Positions 1 to 11,138 of a DNA stretch of 64,000 nucleotides are shown here, piece by piece (position 1 is the first letter of the stretch; every line of letters begins with the position of its first letter). This DNA is from an uncultured Verrucomicrobiae bacterium (GTDB taxonomy: Bacteria; Verrucomicrobiota; Verrucomicrobiia; Limisphaerales; Palsa-1400), in contig OY969763.1 of NCBI GenBank assembly GCA_963702845.1, positions 3,904,001 to 3,968,000 of the forward strand. The letters are read 5' to 3'. The notes below the pieces were generated by a model. It was given only the letters and a program-made list of their open reading frames with translations. It was not told where the DNA came from and made no database searches. The position numbers and the translations under genes were made by a program.

Positions 1-2342
1 ACGCAAAACATCTGCGCGACCTCGCACATAAATATGGCGTGCGACTTTCGATCGAGGCTTACGACGCCACGCCGTGCGACGACATGACTTTCGCCTCTGC
101 CGCTGACGAGCCGATGGCTGAGTTTTGGTCGCGCGGCTATAACACCGCGTATAGCTGCACCGAAATGTCCTCGGCCGCGCACATTTACGGAAAGCGCATT
201 CTCGGGGCCGAAGCCTTCACTGCCAATAATGCCGAACGTTGGGAACTTCATCCCGCGACCATCAAGGCGCTCGGTGACTGGGCATTTTGCGAGGGCATCA
301 ACCGATTCGTGTTTCATCGTTACGCGATGCAACCCTGGCGCGATTACGCGCCCGGAATGTCGATGGGACCGTGGGGACTACATTACGAACGCACGCAAAC
401 GTGGTGGGAGCAGTCGAGCGCGTGGCACGAGTATCTCGCGCGCTGCCAATATTTATTGCAGCAAGGTTTGTTCGTCGCCGACGTATGTTACATCGAATCT
501 GAAAATGCTCCGCAACGATGGGCTCCGCCAATCGGTGCCCGTGAAGGTAACACGCCCGATCGCCCGCGATACAATTTTGATGGCTGCACGCCTGAAGCAG
601 TGCTAACGCGAATCAAAGTGAAAGACGGCAACATCGTTTTGCCAGACGGCATGCACTATCGCGTGCTCGTGATGCCCCCGGTGCAAACGATGACGCCGAA
701 GTTGCTCGCCAAAATCAAAGACCTCGCCGAAGCCGGCGCAACTGTCATCGGCTCGCGTCCGGCGTGCTCACCGAGCCTGAGCAACTATCCGCGATGCGAT
801 GCAGAAGTGCGCAACCTGGCTGACGAACTCTTCGGCACGGAAGCCAAAGGCGAACCGCACAAAATCGGCAAAGGCAGAGTTTGGGAAACTCACGCCAACC
901 CCGTCCAACAACAACTCCCCTCGGCCGCGCGATGGATTTGGTATCCAGAAGAAAACCCAGCAGAAGCTGCGCCGGCTGGTAAGCGCTACTTCCAACGCAC
1001 ATTCAACATCGATGACGCGAGCAATATCAAATCCGCAACCGCGTTAATGACCGCCGATAACGAATTCGAATTATGGATCAACGGCCATCGTGCGGGTAAC
1101 GGCGAAGATTTCAATCACCTGGTGCGCATGCCCATCGCGCAGCATCTCAAGACCGGGAAAAATATTATTTCGATCATCGCCGTGAACGGCGCGACAGAGC
1201 CGAATCCTGCCGGATTGATCGGCGCGATTACGATCGAAAACAAAGACGGCCAGCGTGAGAACGTTGTCACGGATAAGCAATGGCAGGCCGCGCAAAACGT
1301 CGCCGAGGATTGGAAGAGCGAATCTCCACATAGTGACAATTGGAAGCGCGCAATGGTTCTCGGAACGCGCGGCATGGCGCCGTGGCACCTTCGTCCTGAA
1401 GAACAACCAATCGACATTCCCGAAGTCGCGCAAGTGCTCGAACGCATGGGCGTGCCGCCGGATTTCAGTTCCGAGGCGCGACTCCGTTACATCCACAAAA
1501 AGTTGAACGGTGCTGATCTGTATTTCGTCGCGAATGGCGGTGATTCGTCAGTCGAAGCGGATTGCACTTTTCGCATTTCGGGAAAATCTCCAGAAATCTG
1601 GAATCCGCTCAACGGCGAGATTCAGAAGAATATTGCGGGCGTCGAGAAGGACGGCCGAATCACCATTCGACTGCAGCTCGAACCTTCTGGCTCGCGCTTC
1701 GTCATTTTCCGCAGCAGACGTTCCAACGCTGTCGCGACTGCGCAGAACACGGATCTCATCTCCGACCATCTGCCGGTCGTAGTTGACGTGAACGGCGCGT
1801 GGAACGTTTCGTTCGATCCCAAACGCGGTGGGCCGACGAACATTCTGCTGACCAGTCTTATGTCATGGTCGCAATCTCCTGAAGCGGGCGTGCGCTTGTA
1901 CTCAGGCACGGCTGTCTACCGCAAACAGCTCGACATGACCGCGATGTTGCTTGAGCGCAACCGCCGGTTCTATCTCGACCTCGGCAAGGTCCAAATTATG
2001 GCGGACATCAAACTCAATGGCAAAGAGATCGGCATTCTTTGGAAACCACCATATCGGGTTGACGTCACTGATGCGCTTAAGATTGGACCCAATGATCTTG
2101 AGATCAAGGTCGTGAACCTTTGGATCAATCGCCAGATCGGCGACGAGAGCCTGGCCGACGATTGTGACCGTAATCCGAACGGCACTTTGAAGAAGTGGCC
2201 GGATTGGGTGAATCAATCCAAGCCGAGTCCAACGGGACGATTCACGTTCAGCAGTTGGAAGCTCTGGCACAAAGACGAGGCGTTGGCTGAATCCGGATTG
2301 ATCGGACCAGTGACGGTGCGGGCTTCAGTTGTGAAACCGTAA
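1..2342 (+). CDS. Alpha-L-rhamnosidase-like glycoside hydrolase (GH106-type), 5' truncated by the window edge
   Basis: Motifs EPMAEFW, SSAAHIYGK..GAEAFT, FCEGINRFVFH, YLARCQYLLQQG; C-terminal LDLGKV..LWKPPYRVD..NLWINR..SGLIGPV. Confidence 0.85.
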   Translation, partial: AKHLRDLAHKYGVRLSIEAYDATPCDDMTFASAADEPMAEFWSRGYNTAYSCTEMSSAAHIYGKRILGAEAFTANNAERWELHPATIKALGDWAFCEGINRFVFHRYAMQPWRDYAPGMSMGPWGLHYERTQTWWEQSSAWHEYLARCQYLLQQGLFVADVCYIESENAPQRWAPPIGAREGNTPDRPRYNFDGCTPEAVLTRIKVKDGNIVLPDGMHYRVLVMPPVQTMTPKLLAKIKDLAEAGATVIGSRPACSPSLSNYPRCDAEVRNLADELFGTEAKGEPHKIGKGRVWETHANPVQQQLPSAARWIWYPEENPAEAAPAGKRYFQRTFNIDDASNIKSATALMTADNEFELWINGHRAGNGEDFNHLVRMPIAQHLKTGKNIISIIAVNGATEPNPAGLIGAITIENKDGQRENVVTDKQWQAAQNVAEDWKSESPHSDNWKRAMVLGTRGMAPWHLRPEEQPIDIPEVAQVLERMGVPPDFSSEARLRYIHKKLNGADLYFVANGGDSSVEADCTFRISGKSPEIWNPLNGEIQKNIAGVEKDGRITIRLQLEPSGSRFVIFRSRRSNAVATAQNTDLISDHLPVVVDVNGAWNVSFDPKRGGPTNILLTSLMSWSQSPEAGVRLYSGTAVYRKQLDMTAMLLERNRRFYLDLGKVQIMADIKLNGKEIGILWKPPYRVDVTDALKIGPNDLEIKVVNLWINRQIGDESLADDCDRNPNGTLKKWPDWVNQSKPSPTGRFTFSSWKLWHKDEALAESGLIGPVTVRASVVKP

Positions 2343-3432
2343 TTACGCCGGGTATTCTTTGGCGCTTTCGGGAATCGGCATCAGGACGCGGCGATCTGGA
2401 ACCTTCGCTTTGAGCATCGCGATTTCGTCAGCACCGCTCGTCAGCGGCAATGCGATCTGTCCGCCCTCGGCTGCGCTGCGATACATCGCGGACATGATTT
2501 CGAAACCTTGATAGGCGTGTGGCGAAGGCGCAGGGATGCATCTTTTTGTCGTCGTCCAACCAATCGGCCATTTCCTGAACGTAAGGCGGCATGTCTTCGA
2601 CGTAATCCATGTTGCCACTGCCGCTTTGGTCACCGCCGCTCTTGGTGACTGCGCGCCAACCGCCGTTCGTGATGACTTCGGCGAAACCTTCCGTGCCTTG
2701 CGCGCCCATGCGAGCTTTGCGCCACCAGAAACGTTGTTCTTTGCTGGCGTCGACTTCCGGAACATCAGGCGCGCCGGCGCCGCAATCATAAATGCCGCGC
2801 ACGCCGTTTTTGTAATGCACCACGCCTGCGACGTAGTCGGGCGAGGTATGGAGATCGGCAAGTTTGCCGCGACCAGCGGCCTGGGCCATGGCCCATTCGG
2901 CGGGTTGGTAATCGTTGAACCAGCAGGTGTAATCGATCAAATGGCTGAGCATGTGCGCGGCCCAACCGGTGGCAGTGCCGTAAACAGTGTGGACGCGACC
3001 GAGCGCGCCGCTGGCGACGATTTCTTTAACCTTTTTGTAATGCGCGCCGTAGCGGTGTTGGTGGCTGACGACCGCTTTTGTGCCGGCTTTGTCGAGCAGT
3101 TGCTTGATCTGGATGCCTTCGGTGCTGGTCATCGCGACCGGTTTTTCGAACGCAATCAATTTCGCGCCGGATTCGACGCCGATTTTAACAAAGTCGAGGC
3201 GCAGATGCGGCAGTGTGCAAAAGCAATAAAGGTCGGGCTTGATTTTATTGGCAAGCGCGGCGGCATCGGTGCTGATTTCCGGATTGCCGATTTTCGGCGC
3301 GGCAGCTTCGAGGCGCGCTTTGTCGATGTCGCAAATACCGGCGACCTGGAAACGTGGATTGGCGTGAAAAGCCTGGGCGTGATGCATTCCGCGTTTACCC
3401 ATTCCGACGACGACGACTTTGTAGGTTTTCAT
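2343..3432 (-). CDS. Gfo/Idh/MocA family oxidoreductase (one frameshift near 2510)
   Basis: Rossmann start VVVVGMGKRG and EKP motif; C-terminus continues in ORF 2343..2861 (AYQGFEIMSAMYRSA). Confidence 0.85.
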
Positions 3433-3510
3433 AAAATTCGAGCGGGAATATTGGGGCATTGGTAGTGCGATTCAATGTTTTTCGATAGAAGACGTCCGTC
3501 CGTTTCCGAC

Positions 3511-3538
3511 TTGACGCACGTCCCGAACGTCTCATATT
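3511..3538 (+). promoter_or_regulatory. Putative sigma70 promoter (TTGACG-N16-CATATT) just upstream of ATG 3546
   Basis: Sequence match to -35/-10 consensus; no Shine-Dalgarno before the start. Confidence 0.4.
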
Positions 3539-3545
3539 GGCCGCC

Positions 3546-3936
3546 ATGAAATATAAGATTTTGTTGGCTTATTATGCTTTGCAGCGCCGCTGCTATCTTC
3601 TCTGGTTGTGTCGAGACTGCCACCGGCCGAATGACGACCGGGATGCCGTTGCTGACCGATACCAAGATAAGCCGCTATCCGCGCAATCTCGCGCAGGTTT
3701 CGCAAGCGACCGAAGCAGTGCTCGCGCGCATGGGCAAATTGATTTCGCACGACACGATCAATAATTATTACGAAGCCAAAGTCAACCAGCGCTCTGTTTA
3801 CGTGCATCTCGAAAACGTGGACAACGGCAACATCACGCAAGTTTCCGTGCAAGCCCGCACCGGCCTCGGTTCTGACATCCAGATGGCTGCTGAAATTGAC
3901 AAACAAATCGCGCTGCAACTCGCCTCGGGCCAATAG
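3546..3936 (+). CDS. DUF3568-like lipoprotein (frameshift in the signal peptide)
   Basis: MKYKILLA joins MLCSAAAIFSGC (lipobox); ~130 aa body ending SVQARTGLGSDIQMAAEIDKQIAL. Confidence 0.6.
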
Positions 3937-3984
3937 CCCAGCATTTCAAGTGGTCGTCCATTTGACTCGCGGGTAAGTTGAACC

Positions 3985-5913
3985 GTGCGTTTGTCGCCGA
4001 AAACAGTTGATACGTTTTATCAGGCGACGCGCGCCTACATCCGTGACCATTGGCGTCGGCTGCTCAAAATCCGCGAGCGCCTGCGCGGTCAGTGAGGAAG
4101 CCGTTCATTTGGTCATCGCCGGCTGTGTTGGCGTTAGCGGCGGCTTGATCAATATTCTTTTTTACCAGGCGATCAGCGCCATGCAGTTTGTGCTCACGGG
4201 CGAGCATGGACACAACATCGTCGAAGTCGCCGATCAACCTCGTTCACGCACGTCAATGGGTGTGGGTCGTCGCTATCCCTGCAGTTGGCGCGCTTTTGTC
4301 GGGCCTGGTTTTATATTGGGGAACACGCTTAGCCGGCAAACAAGGCACCAGCAATCTGCTCGAAGTCGTTGTGGCCGGTGACGGGCGATTCCCATTTCGC
4401 ACTGGCATCGTGCGCACGCTTTCTTCGATGCTCAGCATCGGCAGCGGTTCATCCATCGGGCGTGAAGGCGCTATTGTTCAACTCTCCGCGACCGTTGCGT
4501 CCAAAGCCGGGCAACGCGCGCGATTGGCAACCGTATCGGTTGAGACTTCTGGTCGCGTGCGGCGCGGCTTCGGGAATGGCCGCCGCCTACAACGCGCCGA
4601 TTGCGGGAGCGGTCTTTGCCGCGCAGATCGTCCTGGGAAACTTCTCGATGAACTTGTTTGCTCCCCTGCTCTTCTCCTCCGTTATCGCGTCAATGGTGTC
4701 GCGAAGTTTCTTCGGTTTGAAGCCGTGGTATGAAGTTCCGCAATTCGAGTTCAACAGCATCGTCCAATTACCGTGGTTCATCGTTCTTGGCATTCTTGCG
4801 GGAATTCTCGGCGCGGTTTTCTTAAAGCTGCTTAACTATAGCAAAGCTGTTTTCAAACCGATCCCGCGTCCTTACCTGCAAATGGCTGCCGGCGGATTGA
4901 TGGTTGGTTTAATCGCGCTGTGGTTTCCTGAAGTCTGGGGAAATGGTTACGTCGTCACGAACCACATCCTGCAACAGGAATTCGGATTGGAAGCAGTCGT
5001 CGGAATCTTTTTTGCCAAACTTCTCGCAACTCTGGCGTCCGTCGGCTCGGGCGCGGTGGGCGGTGTGTTTACGCCAACGCTTTTTCTCGGAGCTGGCCTG
5101 GGCAGCATGCTCGGTTACATCCTGCAGGATTGGCATCTTGCTCCCGCGCACCTGACACCGGGAATTTTTGCGCTGGTCGGCATGGGCAGCATGCTTTCGG
5201 CAACGACGCGTTCTCCACTGCTCGCGATCATCATGATTCTGGAAATCTCGCTGAACTACTCGCTGATGCCGGCGTTGATGCTGGGATGCGCGGTGTCGAC
5301 GTTGGTTTCGCGCCGTTTGCATCCGAACTCGATTTACACCGAGCCGCTCCGATTGCGCAGTCTGGAAGTCGAGAGTTATCGCCTTGGCGAAGCAACCCAA
5401 CAAACCGTTGGCGATCTAATGCGCGCACCCGTTGAACCAATTCGCGAAACCGCGCTCCTTCCACAGATCGCAGAGCGTTTCCTCACCGGCACCAACAATT
5501 TCCTTCCCGTTGTCGATTCGAACCGACGGCTGATCGGCATGGTGGCCTTTCATGATTTGAAAGAACACCTCAACGCTGGCATCGAACTGAGCGCAGTTAT
5601 CGCCTATGATATCATGCGCCCAGTGCCGCGTTGCGTGACACCCGGCCAAAAACTTCTCGATGCTTTGCCGGTCCTGCTTTCAAGCGAGCAGCGAAACATC
5701 CCGGTGGTGAACACATTTGAGGAAAACCGGTTGATCGGTTCATTGCCGCGCACCGAATCCCTCGGGTTGTTGTCTGAAGCGATCGCCGCAACGACTTCCA
5801 CTACCGTTGCGTCGGAAGAGCGATCGAAAGATGAACAGCCCGAAACGCGCTTGCCGCAGACCAGAGTCGTAGGAACGGGCTTTAGGCTTTCTTCTTCCAA
5901 GTTCACGCGCTAA
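3985..5913 (+). CDS. ClC-family chloride channel/transporter (ClcB-like) with C-terminal CBS pair (frameshifted)
   Basis: Motifs GSSIGREG, AAAYNAPIAG, GAVGGVFTPTLFLG, SIY; CBS domains; pieces 4007, 4188 and 4369 frames. Confidence 0.85.
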
Positions 5914-5926
5914 GCTCCGTAAAGGA

Positions 5927-7844
5927 ATGAACAAGATCAAGGCGGTATTCAGCTTCGGCTGGCCCTATTTGTCGCGCTATTGGCAGCGTCTTGTCATTGG
6001 CGTCCTCCTTGGATTCATGTTTCGGTTTGGCGAACGGTAGCTTCATTTGGGCAACAAAGACGACGTTCGCGCGATTGACTCCGCCATCCGCCCAAACCAA
6101 TTCGGTTAGCGCATCGGCGCAAACAAATTCGCTGAGTGCATCCACCGCAACAGCGACCGACAAAAATTCACTAAAAGAAAAACTGAAACGCAAACTGAAT
6201 CGCGTTGGCGACGCAGTCGATCACGCCGTTGACCCGTGGTTGCCGAAAATTAATCGCAAGATCGACATGAAACAAATCATCGGCGGGCTTTTGCTGTTGC
6301 CGTTACTCGTCGGTATCCGCGGAGCGGCTAGTTATCTGAGTACGTATTGCCTTAGTTGGGTCAGCGAACGCGCGATGAACAATCTGCGTGTCGATATTCT
6401 GGCAAACTCAACACTCTTTCTCTGGATTTCTATCACCGTTCGAAAACCGGCGATCTCCTCCAACGCGTAAATTCGGACACGATCGCGTTGCAACAAGCAT
6501 TGAGTCTGGGATTCAGCGATCTGGTGAAGGAACCGATTACGATCATTATTCGTGTTAGCAGGATTGCTCATAGTCAGTGTCAAATTGACCCTTTTCGCGC
6601 TTTTATTCATGCCGTTGTGCATTGTGCCGATCGTTGTGCTCGGCAGAAAAGTCCGACGCGCCAGCAAAGACAGCAGCGCGCCTTTCATCGCCCAATTGAG
6701 TTTGTTAGTCGAAGCTTTTTCGGGCGTTCGCGTCATTAAAGCGTTTGCTCTCGAAAATCGACAACTGGAACGCTTTCGTGAAAATTGCAAGCAATTGACC
6801 AGCCACGGCATTCGAGGCATGAAGGCCAAAGCATTGGTCAATCCAATGATCGAGGTGATTGCACTGACTGGGTTGGGCGCGTTGATTGTTTACATTGTCG
6901 CGTCGGATACCACTTTGAGCGACATGATGGGTTTTCTCGTTGGCACGTTTATGTTGCTCGAACCGATCAAAAAACTGGCAAACGCGCACGTTACATTTGA
7001 GCAAACCAGCGTCGGCGTTGGACGGCTCATGGCGATTGCTCGCCGAACAACCGACCATCAAAGAAGCGCAGTCGCCCAAAGCCCTTCCGCAATTCAAGTC
7101 GGTGATCGCGTTCGAAAATGTCACTTTTTCCTACGGCGATAAACCCGCGCTTCACGGTGTGACTGTAAAAATTCCGCGAGGCTGCAAACTCGGTATCGCC
7201 GGCGAAAGCGGCTCGGGCAAGAGCACGATGGTCAATTTGTTGATGCGTTTTTACGATCCGACAATCGGGAACGGTGCAAATCGACGGGATCGATTTGAAA
7301 GACCTGGCGTTTGCTGACCTGCGCAACTCGATGGCCTTAGTGAGCCAGGATAATATTCTGTTCGACCAGACCGTCGCCGAAAACATCGGATGCGGCAAGC
7401 ACGGCGCAACGCGCGAGGAAATCGAAGAAGCAGCCAAAGCCGCGTCCGCGCACGAGTTCATCATGCAGCTCCCGCAAGGTTACGACACGAGAATCGGCGA
7501 GCGCGGCCAGACTCTCTCTGGCGGCCAACGCCAACGCATTGCGATTGCGCGCGCGTTTCATTCGCAACGCCCCAATTCTCGTGCTCGATGAAGCAACGGC
7601 GTCCCTCGACTCGCATGCTGAAATGGAAGTTCAGGCGGCGATTGAGCGTCTCGAAAAAAATAAGACCGTCATTTGTGTTGCGCACCGATTGTCGACGCTA
7701 ATGGAGATGGATCAGATCATTGTGCTGAAGGACGGACGCGTGGTCGAACAAGGAACATTTGACGAACTTATCCGCGCTGGCGGTGCGTTCGCTGGAATGG
7801 CGCGCAAACAGGGAATTTACGCGCAAATGCAGAACGTTGCTTAA
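5927..7844 (+). CDS. MsbA-like ABC exporter, fused permease/ATPase (several frameshifts)
   Basis: TM domain, Walker A GESGSGKS, signature [14 protein letters not shown], Walker [13 protein letters not shown]; next to LPS glycosyltransferases. Confidence 0.85.
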
Positions 7845-8908
7845 CTGCGCGATTTGGCCGCGAATCATTTCGAAAGCATGTTCGGGAGAGACTCGCGCCC
7901 AGGCATTTCGACTTGCCCAAAGCCTCACAAACATTCTCTTTGCGATTAATGCAGTCGCACGGCACGACAATTTGGCGATGCGCGTCTCCTGTCAGCATCC
8001 AATCCTTGATCGCGGGATAATCGCGTAAGAACGAAAACGTGCGCGTGCCCACCGCCGGCGCCAAATGAGTCACGCCTGAGTCGCCGCCAACTTGTAACAC
8101 GCACCGCTGCAAGAGCGCCGCGAGTTGCGGAATCGTTGGCAGAAGTGATCGTGGTGACTCGTTTGCTTTGCACGCCCTCGGCAAATGCTCGCAAGCGTTC
8201 CTGCTCGCGTTGTCTCGGCGATGCGGTTGCGACGATGTTCGCATCGACGTCAGCGCTTAGAATTTTTTTCGCCAATTGAATCCAATTCTCCACCGGCCAC
8301 TCCTTCACACACGAACTGGCGTTGATCGAAAAATGCATTGCGTGTGGAGGAATATTTTTCGACGCCCAGTCTTTTGCCGCATTCAGGAATGGCTAGATCA
8401 AATCGTGGCGGCTGAAGCGACATTCCAAGGTTCGAGAGCATCCGCCGCCGCTGCTCTGAAACGATGACGTCATTCGGCCTGTCGCGCCACCCAATGCGGG
8501 ATCAACCATTTCGCCCAAAAGTGTTTTCGCGAACCTTGTTGCGCGACACGCCACTTCGCGCCGGTAAATGCCGTCACGAAAATGGTTCGATCCGCACCGC
8601 TAAAGTTAATCGCCAAATCAAACTTCTCACGGCGAAGTGCGCGCAAGATTCCGATCCCGCGCCACCACGGCGGACTTTTTGCGCCGAGCGGGAATCCCCA
8701 GGCCACATCAACGCATGGCGCAAGCTTCAGCACTTCAGCGCCAAGCTCGGCCGATAATGTATGCAGTTGCGCGCCCGGGATAATTGCGTTTGATCTCCCA
8801 CAGCGCCGGAATCATGTGCACGGAGTCGCCAAGAAAACCGAAATCGACGACGATAATTTTGCGCGCGGATTTCGTTTGCTGATAAAACTCGCTCAGTGCA
8901 AACGCCAT
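7841..8908 (-). CDS. Glycosyltransferase family 9 (heptosyltransferase-like), frameshifted; 3' end approximate
   Basis: IIVVDFGFLGDSVH, LRREKFDLAINF, KEWPVENW, VGGDSGVTHLA. Confidence 0.8.
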
Positions 8909-8995
8909 TGCACCACGTAATAATGAAGTCAGTTTCGTTGCGACAGCAAAATCGGCTCGACATTTGGCAGCGTGTTTGAAAAAGTGAGCATTGGA

Positions 8996-10188
8996 ATGCC
9001 GGGCACACTTTCGCAACCAAAGACCGACACTGCTTCGTCCAAGCCCATGCCTGCACGCTGGGCCTGTTTCGCAGGGGCGCTGCTTTGGCTCATTCCCGCG
9101 ATTGTCGATCAGCATCATGGCCGGAACGCGTCCGGAGGTCCGCACCGTCAGCGGCAGCTATCATCTGGCCACCGCACAGTGGTGGGCCGGAAAGGACATT
9201 TACGTCGGGCCCTCGGGCATGAATTATTTTCCGCACTTCGTCGTGCTCTATACCCCTTTTCACCTGCTGCCGTTGGCAGTTGGCGAAGTTTTGTGGAGGT
9301 TGATTGCTATCAGCACTATCGCCACCGGCGTTTGGAAATTGATCCGCATGTTGTTGCCGGAAAATTCCAACAAAGCTTTTCTCCTCGCCACCCTTCTGGC
9401 CATGCCGCTCTCTCTTGGCGCGGTGCGCAACGGCAATTCGAATGCGGTTTTTGGTGGTGTGCTCCTGTGGGCGATCATCGCGATTCTCGACGAGCGTTGG
9501 TGGGCCGCGGCGCTCCTCACCATTCTTTCGATGATGATCAAACCGCTCGGCATTGTGTTGTTCCTTCTCGCCCCGTTGCATTATTCGAAAATGCGGGTGC
9601 CACTGGCAATTGGATTATCTGGCGATGTTGGTGTTCCCGTTCTTTTTCGGTAATCCCATATATGTGTGGTCCCAACACAAAGGGTTGGTGGCAAACCTGC
9701 AAAGTTGCGCCGTCGTCACCCAACATAGATTCGCCGACATCAATGGCATTTTCCGCACGTTTAAATCGGAACTGGGCCCGCAAACATCCAAAATCGTTCG
9801 CATCGTCGCCGGTGCTGTCACCGCAGCGCTGTGGTGGTGGGGTTCACGACGTCTCAACAAAACCCACGCCGCACTGTGGCTGCTCGCGCTCACGACATCG
9901 TATCTCATGTTATTCAACCCTATGACGGAAGCGAACAGCTACTCGATCGTCGCCCCTGCCCTCGCCGCGTGGGCGTGCATCTTTATCTTCGGTAGCAGCG
10001 AACTAAAGATTCCGCCCTACGGTTGGTTGATCGTTGGCATGGCGCTGACGATGGGATTGCTTCCCAATCTGGTCCGGCCAATGTTCGGCAATTACTTTGC
10101 GCTGCTCTGGCATCCGCTCATGATGATCGCGTTCCTCATCGTGCTGCTCTGCTTTGTTGAAACGCGGCCAAAACCGCAGACCACATGA
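8996..10188 (+). CDS. GT-C type membrane glycosyltransferase (GT87/DUF2029-like), frameshifted
   Basis: Polytopic; loop GKDIY..NYFPHFVVLYTPF, RNGNSN, IKPLGI. Confidence 0.6.
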
Positions 10189-11135
10189 GCACGATCGATA
10201 TTTCCATCGTCATCCCAGTTTACAATGAAGAGGAAAGCATCACGCCTCTTTACGAAAGGCTGACCGCCGCTCTCGTCAAACAGACTCGTCCATACGAAAT
10301 CATCTTCGTGAACGATGGCAGTTCCGATCGCTCGTTCGAAGTTTTGTCCGGTATCGCGGCTAAAGACAAAATGGTCAAAGCCATCAATTTTCGACGCAAC
10401 TTCGGCCAGACCGCAGCGATGACTGCCGGCTTCGATTTTGCCAACGGTCGCATCATCATCCCGATGGATGGCGATTTCCAAAACGATCCCGAGGACATTC
10501 CTCTTTTCGTCGCAAAACTTGAAGAAGGCTACGACGTCGTCAGCGGTTGGCGCAAAGACCGTCAGGACAAAGAAGTTATTCGCAAGATTTTCTCGCGCGT
10601 CGCCAATCGTCTCATCGCATCCATCACCGGCGTCAAACTGCACGATTCCGGCTGTTCGATGAAAGCCTATCGCAGCGAAGTGCTCAAAGGCACTCGGCTC
10701 TACGGCGAAATGCACCGATTCATTCCGGCCCTGGCCAATTTGATGGGCGCTAAAATTTGCGAAGTCGAAGTTCGCCATCACGCCCGCCAGTTCGGCAAAA
10801 GTAAATACGGCCTGAAACGCACGGTGAAAGTTGCGCTGGACTTGATCACCGTAAAATTCCTCGCCGAATTTTCGACCAAACCCCTCTATATGTTCGGGGG
10901 CATTGGCTCGATTCTCTTTACGCTTGGGTTTTTGTCCGGTGCCGAAACGCTCTGGGAAAGATGGGCCTACGGCACGTTCGTCCATCGCAACCCGTTCATT
11001 CTCCTCGCCATTTTCCTCGCGAGCCTTGGCATTAATTTTATCCTGATGGGACTTTTGGCCGAGTTGATCGTGCGCACGTATCACGAGTCGCAAAACAAAC
11101 CCATCTATCACATCCGCGAAACGCGCAATCTGTAG
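10185..11135 (+). CDS. GT2 polyprenyl-phosphate glycosyltransferase (ArnC/GtrB-like)
   Basis: SIVIPVYNEEESI, NDGSSD, RRNFGQTAA, MDGDFQNDP, EMHRFIPAL; two C-terminal TM helices. Confidence 0.9.
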   Translation: MSTIDISIVIPVYNEEESITPLYERLTAALVKQTRPYEIIFVNDGSSDRSFEVLSGIAAKDKMVKAINFRRNFGQTAAMTAGFDFANGRIIIPMDGDFQNDPEDIPLFVAKLEEGYDVVSGWRKDRQDKEVIRKIFSRVANRLIASITGVKLHDSGCSMKAYRSEVLKGTRLYGEMHRFIPALANLMGAKICEVEVRHHARQFGKSKYGLKRTVKVALDLITVKFLAEFSTKPLYMFGGIGSILFTLGFLSGAETLWERWAYGTFVHRNPFILLAIFLASLGINFILMGLLAELIVRTYHESQNKPIYHIRETRNL

Positions 11136-11138
11136 TCC

